Made by a program: the position numbers and the translations under genes. From positions 15,658-79,657 of the forward strand of contig VBEK01000124.1 in assembly GCA_005889135.1 (NCBI GenBank): 64,000 bases of DNA, in the 5' to 3' direction. This document shows positions 51,380-60,044 of this stretch, one piece after another; positions within the stretch are counted from its first letter, which is position 1; every line of letters begins with the position of its first letter. A model generated the notes under the pieces. It was not told the DNA's origin. It saw nothing but the letters and a program-made list of their open reading frames with translations, and did no database searches. The DNA is from Chloroflexota bacterium. GTDB taxonomy: Bacteria > Chloroflexota > Dormibacteria > Dormibacterales > Dormibacteraceae.

Positions 51380-52861
51380 TCAGATAAACGCGATTGCTTC
51401 GTAGATCGGCCCGCGCGTGAACCAATCGCCCGCGAACGCCACGTGCATTGCGTTCTGCTCCCATGGGTCGTTGACCCAGTAGTCGGAGGCGCCGTTCAAT
51501 CCCGTCAGCGTCACGAAGTGGGTTCCACCCGAGGGCAGGTTCATGCCCACGATCACCGGGTGGCCGGCCCCCACCTGCGCCCGGATCCACTCCGGGCTCG
51601 GATCCATCACCATCACGGTTCGGTGCCCGGGTACGTTCAGGGCGGAGTTGAAGATCGCGCCGCTCGCGTCGAACCACCCGCCATGCGCTGCGATCGAAGC
51701 CGGGGTCACGGACGAGAACCCAAAGTGCGAGTACACCATCGCCAGGTCTGACACCAGGCAACCGATCTTCCACACCGGGAACGTCCCGCCGACGTCGATC
51801 GAGGCCCAGCGCGTGTCCCGCTGGTTGTAGTAGGCGCCCCACGCGTCGCGCAGAGGCTGCGGCTCGAGGATCAAGCGCTCGGTAGAGCCCGCGCCGCTTC
51901 CCGCGCCCGCGAGCCCGCGCGCGATGTCCCAGCCCGGCCACTCCAGCGACGGACGCACCACCGGCGCGCTGCCCCACGCGTGCACGCCGCCCGACCGGTC
52001 GAGCACCCACCCGCCCGGGGACCCGCCGGGCGCCGCCGTCCACGCGACAAGCGAGTCGGCCATGTCACGCCCCGCCCAGGTCGCAGAAGGCGTAAGCGGA
52101 GGCGCGCCGCCGAACGGGTGCAGCCCGCCCGAGTAATCGAGTGTGTACCCCTGCACGAACACGCCGCCCTGCCGGTCCACCAGCACGATCCCACGCGCCA
52201 CGTCGTCGGCAAAGCGCTTGTTGCCCAGCACCGCCGGCGCGCCGCCGAACGGGTGGACGCCCCCGAAGCCGTCGAGCGTGTAGCCCCGCACCCTGGTGGG
52301 CGTGCTCGAGGCCATGAGCACCATCCCGCGCGCGATCCCCTGGGCGGGCCACGTCACGGACGCCGTCACTGCCGGCGCTCCGCCAAACGCGTGGATGCCT
52401 CCGTCCGCGTCCAGGAGGTAGCCCGCAGGCCGGCCCGCAGACGACCACGGCGCCATCACGATCTCGCGCGCGCCGATCCATGCCGGCCAGTACACGCCGC
52501 TCTCCAGGGCCGGCGCGACACCCAGCGGGTGCAGTCCGCCCCAGCCGTCCATCACGTATCCGCCGGTCCCATCGGGGAACAGGGCGAGGCCGAAGGCGAT
52601 GTCCTTGTTCGGCCACGAAGCGCTCGTGGACAGCGCCGGGGACGAGCCCACCGGGTGGACGCCGCCCCAGCCGTCGAGGACGTAGAGGTGGCCCTGGTTG
52701 TCTACCGGCCCCGCGCTGCGGACGGGAACCGAATGCGTCGTCATGCGTTCGAACTGCGGCGCGGGGAATGCAGACCGTCCACCCCACATATAAAGGAGGG
52801 ATGCGAGCGCCACTACCACGGCGAGCAAACCGCCAAGAGCTCGAAGTCCCCGCCCCGACAT
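51380..52861 (-). CDS. Membrane-anchored protein with six 'LDGxGG(V/L/I)HPxG' repeats and a C-terminal C39-like (papain-fold) peptidase domain
   Basis: TM 'LGGLLAVVVALASLLYMW'. Repeats 'LDGWGGVHPVG', 'MDGWGGLHPLG', 'LDADGGIHAFG', 'LDGFGGVHPFG', 'LDYSGGLHPFG', 'LDRSGGVHAWG'. C-terminus 'YYNQRDTRWA..GCLVSDLAMVYSHFG..GTHFVTLTG..VNDPW'. Confidence 0.8.
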   Translation of the reverse strand: MSGRGLRALGGLLAVVVALASLLYMWGGRSAFPAPQFERMTTHSVPVRSAGPVDNQGHLYVLDGWGGVHPVGSSPALSTSASWPNKDIAFGLALFPDGTGGYVMDGWGGLHPLGVAPALESGVYWPAWIGAREIVMAPWSSAGRPAGYLLDADGGIHAFGGAPAVTASVTWPAQGIARGMVLMASSTPTRVRGYTLDGFGGVHPFGGAPAVLGNKRFADDVARGIVLVDRQGGVFVQGYTLDYSGGLHPFGGAPPLTPSATWAGRDMADSLVAWTAAPGGSPGGWVLDRSGGVHAWGSAPVVRPSLEWPGWDIARGLAGAGSGAGSTERLILEPQPLRDAWGAYYNQRDTRWASIDVGGTFPVWKIGCLVSDLAMVYSHFGFSSVTPASIAAHGGWFDASGAIFNSALNVPGHRTVMVMDPSPEWIRAQVGAGHPVIVGMNLPSGGTHFVTLTGLNGASDYWVNDPWEQNAMHVAFAGDWFTRGPIYEAIAFI

Positions 52862-52864
52862 GGC

Positions 52865-53263
52865 GTGCGCGATGGTAGCGGATTGAGCGGCGGTTTCAGC
52901 GCCGCCGACCTCCAGGCGGCGCGCGACCAGCGCGAGGTGTCGCTGACCACGACCGGGCGCCGTTCGGGCAAGGCGCGGCGCGTCACCATCTGGATCGCCA
53001 CCGACGGCGAGCACATCTACGTCCGCTCCGGCCAGGGGATGGGGCGGCAGTGGCCCCAGAACCTGATGGCCAACGGCAAGGCCACGCTCCACCTTGGCGG
53101 CCGCGGCGTCGAGGTCAGGCCGCGACACGTGACCGATCCCGACGAGGCGCGCCGGACTTCCCAGCTCGCGCGCGAAAAGTACGGGAGCTACGTCAAGCCG
53201 TCCAAACCTGGCGAGCCGCTGACCATGGGCGAGACCGCCGTCTTCGAGCTGATCCCAACGTAG
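52865..53263 (+). CDS. Deazaflavin(F420)-dependent nitroreductase-family (DUF385-like) small protein
   Basis: 'LTTTGRRSGKARRVTIW...GQGMGRQWPQNLMANGKATLHLGG' matches the split-barrel DUF385 pattern. GTG 52865 or TTG 52883. Confidence 0.65.
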   Translation: MRDGSGLSGGFSAADLQAARDQREVSLTTTGRRSGKARRVTIWIATDGEHIYVRSGQGMGRQWPQNLMANGKATLHLGGRGVEVRPRHVTDPDEARRTSQLAREKYGSYVKPSKPGEPLTMGETAVFELIPT

Positions 53264-53337
53264 GGCCCCCGCGGGCCGGGCAGCTCGCGAGGGCCGGGTC
53301 GGAAGGGGTGTATCTGCAGACCCGATACGGCGAGGGG

Positions 53338-54726
53338 TTACTGGGCGAGCCCGCAGATGAACCGGATCACCGCCTCGATCCCACGGTGATAGTTGTCGAT
53401 CAGCAGGTGCTCGTTCGGGGAGTGGATGGCGCAGTCCGCCTGTGCGATCCCGCTGATCACCAGCGGCGCCCCGACCGCCTCCTGGAAGTCCACCGCGACC
53501 GGGATGGAGCCCCCGACCCGAATCAGCGCCGTCTGGCGGCCGAACGCCTCCCCATACGCGGCCCGCAGCGCCCGTGCCGCCTCGTGGTCGACGCCGCAAA
53601 GCACGGGTGGCGCGGAGCCGATCAACTCCACCGTAATCTCCACGCCGGGCGTGCTGAGCGCCGCGACGTGTTTCTCGTAGGCCGCGAGGATCGCCTTCCA
53701 GTCCTGGTCCGGCACCAGGCGCATTGACACTTTGGCCGAGGCCTCTGCGGGGATCACCGTCTTCGCCCCCTTGCCAGTAAAGCCGCCGATGAAGCCGTTG
53801 GCGTCCAGCGTCGGCCGGCCGCCGGCGCGCGCCAGGGCAAGGAATCCTTCCTCGCCCTCGAGGGACTTGGCCCCCGTCATACGCAGGATGTCCGCCGAGT
53901 AGCGCGCGTCCTTCTTCTTCCACTCCGCGAGCTCGTCGGCGCCCGGCTCGCGCACCGCGTCGTAAAAGCCCGGCACGGTCACGTGCCCGTCGCGGTCCTT
54001 GAGCTCCCCGATCACCCGCGCAAGCGTGTTGATCGGGTTCGGCGCCACACCGCCGTACGTCCCCGAGTGGACGTCGACAGCCGGGCCTTTCGCGCGCAGC
54101 TCCGTGTACAGAATTCCGCGCAGCGCGGTCGCGAGCGTCGGGTTGCCCTCCTCGTCCATGCCGCTGTCCCAGATCAGGACGGAGTCGGTCTTCAACGACG
54201 ACCCGCGTGCGCGCAGGAGCTGGGGCAGCGAGGGCCCGGTGATCTCCTCCTCGCCCTCGAGGAGAAAGCGCAGGTTGATGGGCGAACCGCCCGACGCGAA
54301 GAGGTGCTCGACGGCCTTCACCGTCGTCATGTGGTTGCCCTTGTTGTCGGCGGCGCCGCGGGCGTACAGGTGGCCGTCGCGGACCTCGGGCTCGAAGGGC
54401 GGCGAGGTCCATTCGTCCACCGGGTCGACCGGCTGGACGTCGTAGTGGCCGTAGATCGTGAGGTGCGGCTGGCCAGGCCGGCCGTTCCACTCCGCCATCA
54501 CGACCGGCAGCCCGCCCTCGCGGACGTCGACGATCTCGGTCTTCATGTCCATCGCGACGAATCGGTCGCGCAGCCAGCGCGCGTTCCGCAGGCAGTCCTC
54601 GCGGCGCTCGGGAAGAGTGCTTATGGAAGGTATGCGCAGCTCCTCGACCAGGTCCTCGAGGTCTTTGTGGCGGCGCGACTGCGCGAGGGCGATGGCGGCC
54701 TCCTGCAGAGACTGGGTGGTCGCCAT
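53338..54726 (-). CDS. M20-family metallopeptidase (dipeptidase/ArgE-DapE-like)
   Basis: 'LTIYGHYDVQPVDP..W..PPF', 'LYARGAADNKG', 'LLEGEEEITG', 'IHSPNEH'. Internal ATG 54726. Confidence 0.9.
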   Translation of the reverse strand: MATTQSLQEAAIALAQSRRHKDLEDLVEELRIPSISTLPERREDCLRNARWLRDRFVAMDMKTEIVDVREGGLPVVMAEWNGRPGQPHLTIYGHYDVQPVDPVDEWTSPPFEPEVRDGHLYARGAADNKGNHMTTVKAVEHLFASGGSPINLRFLLEGEEEITGPSLPQLLRARGSSLKTDSVLIWDSGMDEEGNPTLATALRGILYTELRAKGPAVDVHSGTYGGVAPNPINTLARVIGELKDRDGHVTVPGFYDAVREPGADELAEWKKKDARYSADILRMTGAKSLEGEEGFLALARAGGRPTLDANGFIGGFTGKGAKTVIPAEASAKVSMRLVPDQDWKAILAAYEKHVAALSTPGVEITVELIGSAPPVLCGVDHEAARALRAAYGEAFGRQTALIRVGGSIPVAVDFQEAVGAPLVISGIAQADCAIHSPNEHLLIDNYHRGIEAVIRFICGLAQ

Positions 54727-54728
54727 CT

Positions 54729-55217
54729 CTAGGCTCGCCCGCGCGCGCGGCGGATCTGGTCCGCGTGCTCGTGGGCATGCGCGGCGTAGATCCTGAGCCA
54801 GTCCTCGGTCGTGTACCGGCCGCTCTCGGTGTGCGTGCCGGCGATCCGCCAGTCGGCGTCGGTCATGCGGTCGAGCAGCTGCCCGCATGTCTCGCGCGCC
54901 CAGCGCATCGCCTCCAGCGATGGCTCGATCGGACGGTCGGCGGTGAGGCGCTCCGCGAAAGCCTTCTCGTCGTAGCCGTGGATCACCGGTTTGGTCTCGG
55001 CCAGAAGGCGCCGGATCCGGACCGCCGACATCATCTCGCTGTCGGCTAGGTGGTGTGCGATCTGGCGCGGCGTCCAACCGCCGTCGGCGGCGAGGTCGAG
55101 CTCGTCCTCGGTGATCCCTGCTAGCGCCTCTATGACTACCCGATAACCATCGCGGTACTGCGCCATCAGCCCGGCTCTGTCGGATGCGTTCAATCTCGTC
55201 CCTCCGCCAGCGATCAT
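54729..55217 (-). CDS. DinB-family (DinB_2, four-helix-bundle metalloenzyme-like) protein
   Basis: 'WTPRQIAHHLADSE', 'HAHEHADQI' His triad pattern. Lies 2 nt upstream of the M20 gene. Confidence 0.8.
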   Translation of the reverse strand: MIAGGGTRLNASDRAGLMAQYRDGYRVVIEALAGITEDELDLAADGGWTPRQIAHHLADSEMMSAVRIRRLLAETKPVIHGYDEKAFAERLTADRPIEPSLEAMRWARETCGQLLDRMTDADWRIAGTHTESGRYTTEDWLRIYAAHAHEHADQIRRARGRA

Positions 55218-55317
55218 CGCATCTACGTGCGTGCCGGCAAATGCGGGTTATCCGCTCCGCGCAAGCCCGCGTGAGCCGGCAGATGCGGGGAATCCTGCCG
55301 CCTCCACGGCGCGCCGG

Positions 55318-55390
55318 AGCCGCCGACAGGAATCGAACCCGTAACCTGCTGTTTACAAAACAGCTGCTCTGCCAATTGAGCTACGGCGGC
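55318..55390 (-). tRNA. tRNA-Thr (TGT)
   Basis: Reverse complement folds as acceptor GCCGCCG/CGGCGGC, D-arm GCTC..GAGC, anticodon stem GCTGT/ACAGC, loop TTTGTAA, T-loop TTCGATT. CCA not encoded. Confidence 0.9.
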
Positions 55391-55539
55391 GCGCCTTGAT
55401 GAGCGTAGCGGAAGGCACAGGGATGTCCCCAGCTTCAGTATTTGCGCCTCCAACCTGAAGAGGCTAGGATGCCTGAGCCTCGCGGGGGGCCCCGCGGGCA
55501 GTGCCCACAAAGGCTTGTTCGAATGAGGGGTGTTCGCGT

Positions 55540-57525
55540 ATGACTCAGCGCAGATTCGGCATTCCCGTCCTCGCGGTCGCCGCCGCGCTTTGTGCCTCGG
55601 CCGTGGTGGTCGTTCCGGCCGTGGGCGCGACAGGCGCGGCGGGGACGACCCGCCAGGTGCCGGCCGCGGGCAAGACCGCGGTCAACCCCACGCCCACCGG
55701 AAACGACCTCGGCGTGCAGCAGCCTGAGCTCGGGCCTGCGATCGGTGAGGCATCCGGCAACGCCAGCTCCCACAACAACAACGGGGTCAACCGCAGCCGG
55801 TCGATCCAGCATGGGGCCCCCGACGTCACTGGCGCACCAGTCGCCGCCGGCGTCGGCGTCTCCAGCAGCGGTCCGCTGACGGTGCTGAGCACGTTCGACG
55901 GCCTGAACCACCGCAACCAGCGCCTTGCCAACGGCGGCAACCAGTTCTCTCTCGAGCCGCCCGACCAGGGCCTGTGCGTGGGCAACGGCTTTGTGATGGA
56001 GATCATCAACGACGTCCTGAAGATCTATTCGCCGTCGGGTGCAACCGTGAAGGCCACAGAAGACCTGAACACGTTCTTCGGCTACCCGGCGCAGTTCAAC
56101 CGCACGACGGGCCTGGTCGGTCCGTTTGTCACCGACCCGAGCTGCATTTACGACTCGGCGAGCAACCGCTGGTTCGCCGACGTGCTGACGCTCGAGGTGT
56201 TCCCCTCCACAGGTGACTTCACCGGCGCCAACCACATCGACCTCGCGGTCAGCGACACCGGCGACCCGACCGGCACGTGGACCGTCTTCCGCGTCCAGGT
56301 CCAGGACGACGGCAACAACGGCACGCCGAACCACGGGTGCACCGGCATTCCGCCTTTCGGCAGCCCGCCGCCAACGATCGCGCCTACGTTCAAGAACGCC
56401 TGCATCGGCGACTACCCGCACCTCGGCGCGGACGCCAACGGCGTCTACGTCACGACCAACGAGTACTCGCTGTTCGGCAACGACTTTCACGGCGCGCAGA
56501 TCTACGCCTTCTCCAAGGCCGCGCTTGTCGCCGGTGGCGGCAGCGTGGGAGTGACTCAGATCGACACCCACGGGATGGACAACGGCAACTCCGGCTTCAC
56601 GATCTGGCCGGCCACCGCCCCGGCGGGCATCTTCGACAACACCGCCGGCGGCACCGAGTACTTCATGAGCTCGAACGCGGCGGACGAGGCGCATGGCAAC
56701 GGATCCACACCCGGACCGCGCCGCTCGAACCAGCTCCTCGTGTGGACGCTCGCGCACACGTCCTCGCTGAGCTCCACCCCCAACCTCAGCCTGACCCACG
56801 CCACCCTGGGCGTCGGCCTCTACGTCGTGCCGCCGCGCTCGGAGCAGAAGGTCGGCCCGACGCCGCTTATCGACTGCTTGAACATGAAGTCGTGCGCGAC
56901 CAACTTCCTGCTCGGCGTTCCTGACCCGTTCGCGCCGGAGCACGAGTACGACCTCGACAGCAACGACACCCGCATGCAGCAGGTCGTCTTCGCCAACGGA
57001 CGGCTCTGGGGCGCGCTCGACACCGCGGTCAACTCCTCGGCCAACACGCGTGCCGGCATCGAGTGGTTCGTCGTCAACCCCAAGGCCGGCGGCGGCCCAG
57101 CCCTGGTCAACAATGGTTACCTGGCCGTCAGCCAGAACAACGTCATCTACCCGGCCATCGCGGTGAGGCCGGACGGCAAGGGCGTGATGGCGTTCACGCT
57201 CGTTGGCCGAACGTTCTTCCCTAGCGCCGCGTTCGCCTCGATCGACGCGAACGGCGTGGGCACCGTGCAGGTCGCGGCTCAAGGGGCGGGCCCAGCTGAC
57301 GGCTTCAGCGGCACGGCGGTCTTCAACGCCCCGAACCCGGCCCGGCCGCGCTGGGGCGACTACGGCGCCGCCGTCGTCGATGGAGCGAACATCTGGCTCG
57401 CCTCCGAGTACATCGCCCAGACGTGCAACCTGAGCACCTGGCTGGCCACCGGCGCGAGCTGCGGCGGGACGCGGACAGCGTTTGCCAACTGGGCCACCCG
57501 GATCACGCAGGTGAACGCCGGCTGA
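55540..57525 (+). CDS. Secreted hypothetical protein (possible beta-propeller)
   Basis: Signal peptide 'FGIPVLAVAAALCASAVVVVPAVGA'. Asp-box-like 'SDTGDPTGTW'. No family assigned. Confidence 0.7.
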   Translation: MTQRRFGIPVLAVAAALCASAVVVVPAVGATGAAGTTRQVPAAGKTAVNPTPTGNDLGVQQPELGPAIGEASGNASSHNNNGVNRSRSIQHGAPDVTGAPVAAGVGVSSSGPLTVLSTFDGLNHRNQRLANGGNQFSLEPPDQGLCVGNGFVMEIINDVLKIYSPSGATVKATEDLNTFFGYPAQFNRTTGLVGPFVTDPSCIYDSASNRWFADVLTLEVFPSTGDFTGANHIDLAVSDTGDPTGTWTVFRVQVQDDGNNGTPNHGCTGIPPFGSPPPTIAPTFKNACIGDYPHLGADANGVYVTTNEYSLFGNDFHGAQIYAFSKAALVAGGGSVGVTQIDTHGMDNGNSGFTIWPATAPAGIFDNTAGGTEYFMSSNAADEAHGNGSTPGPRRSNQLLVWTLAHTSSLSSTPNLSLTHATLGVGLYVVPPRSEQKVGPTPLIDCLNMKSCATNFLLGVPDPFAPEHEYDLDSNDTRMQQVVFANGRLWGALDTAVNSSANTRAGIEWFVVNPKAGGGPALVNNGYLAVSQNNVIYPAIAVRPDGKGVMAFTLVGRTFFPSAAFASIDANGVGTVQVAAQGAGPADGFSGTAVFNAPNPARPRWGDYGAAVVDGANIWLASEYIAQTCNLSTWLATGASCGGTRTAFANWATRITQVNAG

Positions 57526-57564
57526 CCTGGCGAGGTTAGGGGAGGGGGCGGGAGCCCCGCTGGA

Positions 57565-57597
57565 GAGGCCCGGGCGACCGGGCCTCTTCAATTTCAT
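57565..57597 (+). terminator. Intrinsic terminator
   Basis: GAGGCCCGG-gcga-CCGGGCCTC followed by TTCAATTTCAT. Confidence 0.7.
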
Positions 57598-57729
57598 CCA
57601 AAACTGATCAAATCGATCTCGGCTGACAAGAATTTTTCCTTAATTTGTGGCGCCCGGTCATGGCCTCGCTACTATCGAGTCCAGCCCGCCAAACTTGGCG
57701 AGATCGCCGTCAGAAGGGGTGTTCTGAAA

Positions 57730-59064
57730 GTGGGCCGTTCGTTCGCGCCAAATCGATATTTCCGCGTGTCTTCTTCGGCCCTGGGGGCCGCGATGGCGGC
57801 CGCCCTTCTTGCCTCCATCGCTGTCGCGGCGGACGACGACCCGGCAGAGATCCCAGACGAGGGTATCGACGCGACCATTACGGGGGCCGACTTCGGGGGG
57901 GCCGCTCCGCTCCCGACGTCGCGCACGATTCGCCACTGGTCGAGCGAGACCACCAACGGTGACAACGGCGTGACCTATCGGTACAACATGGTCGGCGCCG
58001 ACCCGAGCACCGACGGGTCGGCCGTGATCGGCGTCGACATCATCCCGCTGAACGTGACCGTCGCGGGGCACGAGTTCAACGGCTCGCAGATCACGAACGC
58101 GGTGCTTGCCTCGCCGCTCTTCTCGACCAGCTTCACTGTTCAGACGAGCACGGGCCCTGCGACGGTGCCGTATTCCTACGTTTCGACGGCCGCCGCCTCC
58201 AACGCGTTGGGCGGCCCCGGACCAGGCGGCAGCCTCTCCCCCGGCAACTCAGGTGTGCAGCTGCTGGACGCAACGATGCGCGCCCAGTTCAACAAGATCG
58301 GCAGCCCCTTCTACCACCTGGTCCTCGACCCCGCCGTCCACGATCCGGTCTCGATCAACGTCCCCGACGATCAGGGCACGATCGTGACCAGCCCCGTCGG
58401 CGTGACGATGGCCAACCTTGACATGAAGTGGTTCCGGACCCGGATCCAGAACCAGTTGGGCCGCTTGAACTACCTCGACCCGACCAGGCTGGCGCTCTTC
58501 CTTACCTACGACGTCCTGGTCACCACGGACGGCACCCTGGGGACCGTCGTGGTCGGCGCCCACGGCGCCGGCCCGGCCACCGGCAACGGGAACGGCAACG
58601 TGCTCGCCGACGGCAACCAGCCGGTGCAGACGTTCGTGTGGGGATCGTGGCTCTCGACCGGGTTCTTCAGCCGCAACCGCATGTGGGCGATCCAGGACAT
58701 CCACTCGCTCAGTCATGAGATCGTCTCGTGGGCCGTCGACCCCTTCGTCACCAACACCGTGCAGCCGTGGTTCGTCGCCAGGTCGATGCAGTACGGCTGC
58801 AGCGATCTGATGGAGACGGCCGACCCGGTGGCCGGCCTTGGCTTCGCCATCGGCTCGCACAACTTCGACGTCAACAGGTTCAGCGAGCACAGGTATCACC
58901 CGTCCGACCAGGTCTTCCTCCCGTGGTTCATGCGCTCGGACCCGCAAACGCAGAGCGTGCAGCACGACCGGAGCGTCGGGCGCTTCACGTTCTTGGGCGA
59001 CCTGAACCAGGTGAAGGACGCCGCCGGAAATCGCATCTTCCAGCAAGCCGCGACGGGCTGTTAG
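57730..59064 (+). CDS. Secreted hypothetical protein
   Basis: GTG start, signal peptide 'SSALGAAMAAALLASIAVAA'. 444 aa, no family recognised. Confidence 0.65.
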   Translation: MGRSFAPNRYFRVSSSALGAAMAAALLASIAVAADDDPAEIPDEGIDATITGADFGGAAPLPTSRTIRHWSSETTNGDNGVTYRYNMVGADPSTDGSAVIGVDIIPLNVTVAGHEFNGSQITNAVLASPLFSTSFTVQTSTGPATVPYSYVSTAAASNALGGPGPGGSLSPGNSGVQLLDATMRAQFNKIGSPFYHLVLDPAVHDPVSINVPDDQGTIVTSPVGVTMANLDMKWFRTRIQNQLGRLNYLDPTRLALFLTYDVLVTTDGTLGTVVVGAHGAGPATGNGNGNVLADGNQPVQTFVWGSWLSTGFFSRNRMWAIQDIHSLSHEIVSWAVDPFVTNTVQPWFVARSMQYGCSDLMETADPVAGLGFAIGSHNFDVNRFSEHRYHPSDQVFLPWFMRSDPQTQSVQHDRSVGRFTFLGDLNQVKDAAGNRIFQQAATGC

Positions 59065-59101
59065 CCCGCCGGAAATCAGGGGTGTGGGCGTGAGCCCTGC
59101 G

Positions 59102-59140
59102 GACGAGGCCCGGTAACCCCGGGCCTCGTCTCTTTATTCT
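59102..59140 (+). terminator. Intrinsic terminator
   Basis: GACGAGGCCCGG-taacc-CCGGGCCTCGTC followed by TCTTTATTCT. Confidence 0.85.
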
Positions 59141-59149
59141 TGGCCCGAT

Positions 59150-59482
59150 TTGATCGAGCCCAAGGACATCGTCATCGCCATCCTCGGTTCCTCCGCGGCT
59201 CTCGGCGGATTCGTCCTCGTCTTCCTCGGCGTGGTCATCGCGTCCTACCAGTCGTATCCGGGCGGCGTGCCCGCCGGGGTAGTGAGGCCGTACCGGATCA
59301 GCGGCACGGCTCTGCTCGCGACCTTCGCCCTCAGCCTGGTCACGGTCGCGGTCAGCCTGCTCTGGCTGATCAACGGCGGGCCGGCGCCGCTCTACGACTG
59401 GGCGATCGCGCTCTTCGCGATCCTTCTGATCGCCGTCTTCGCGGCCGCCGTCTGGGCGACGCGCATGGTGCTGTGGCAGTGA
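59150..59482 (+). CDS. Hypothetical small membrane protein
   Basis: 110 aa with three to four TM helices. TTG start. Confidence 0.5.
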   Translation: MIEPKDIVIAILGSSAALGGFVLVFLGVVIASYQSYPGGVPAGVVRPYRISGTALLATFALSLVTVAVSLLWLINGGPAPLYDWAIALFAILLIAVFAAAVWATRMVLWQ

Positions 59483-59486
59483 CGCC

Positions 59487-59780
59487 GTGGCCCTGACGCA
59501 GAAGAAGCTGCAGGACCTCAAGGACGCGAGCCTCATGACGCTGCTGGACGACGGCGCGCCGTCGTGGAAAGCCAAGGCGAGGCACGCGTTCAACGCCACC
59601 CATGCCTTCATCAAGGAGATCCGCCCCGACGACGTGGTGCCTTTGCTGATCGCGGAGCTGGAGGTGACGCCCGAGTTCCGGGCCTACCTTGCGCGGAAGA
59701 AGCTGAAGCAGAAATACTGGTCGGAGTGGTTCGCGGAGCTGATCATCGACCGCTACTGGAAGGAGCTCGAAGGAGGATGA
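59487..59780 (+). CDS. Hypothetical small helical protein
   Basis: 97 aa, Lys/Glu-rich, GTG start 4 nt after the previous stop. Confidence 0.45.
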   Translation: MALTQKKLQDLKDASLMTLLDDGAPSWKAKARHAFNATHAFIKEIRPDDVVPLLIAELEVTPEFRAYLARKKLKQKYWSEWFAELIIDRYWKELEGG

Positions 59781-59941
59781 CCGTGGCCAAGGACGCGTCC
59801 GAGCAGGCGAAGAGGTTCATCGACGCCTCGTTGCGAGGCACCCGCAAACCGCCGAGCAAAGCCGCGTACGCGCGCGCGGTCAGGCTGGCGCGCCGGGCGA
59901 TCGAGGAGCTGACCCTGGTCGCTACCCGCGGCCGGAGCTGA
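59777..59941 (+). CDS. Hypothetical 54-aa protein
   Basis: ATGA overlap with the previous gene. Internal start of ORF 59564..59941. Confidence 0.35.
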   Translation: MTVAKDASEQAKRFIDASLRGTRKPPSKAAYARAVRLARRAIEELTLVATRGRS

Positions 59942-60044
59942 TACCTCAAATGAGGGATGCCTCGCGGCGCGCGGGGTGATATGTCCTAGTTCTGCAAGTA
60001 CGTAAGCCGAGCTCCGGGGTGGCTCCCGGGCTCCGTGTGGGGGT

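Noticed and set aside
51380-54778. 1132-aa minus-strand ORF as a single protein
   Set aside because: The N-terminal ~640 aa are Arg/Pro/Gly-rich. They overlap a well-supported M20 peptidase (other frame) and the plus-strand F420-type gene. Only the last 493 aa (from ATG 52861, TM + repeats + C39-like) are credible.
55435-57597. 720-aa minus-strand ORF, with similar ones at 60120..61964 (-), 58249..59046 (-) and 19297..20655 (+)
   Set aside because: Typical high-GC antisense ORFs: Arg/Gly/Ala/Asp-rich, no domains, fully overlapping better-supported genes on the other strand.
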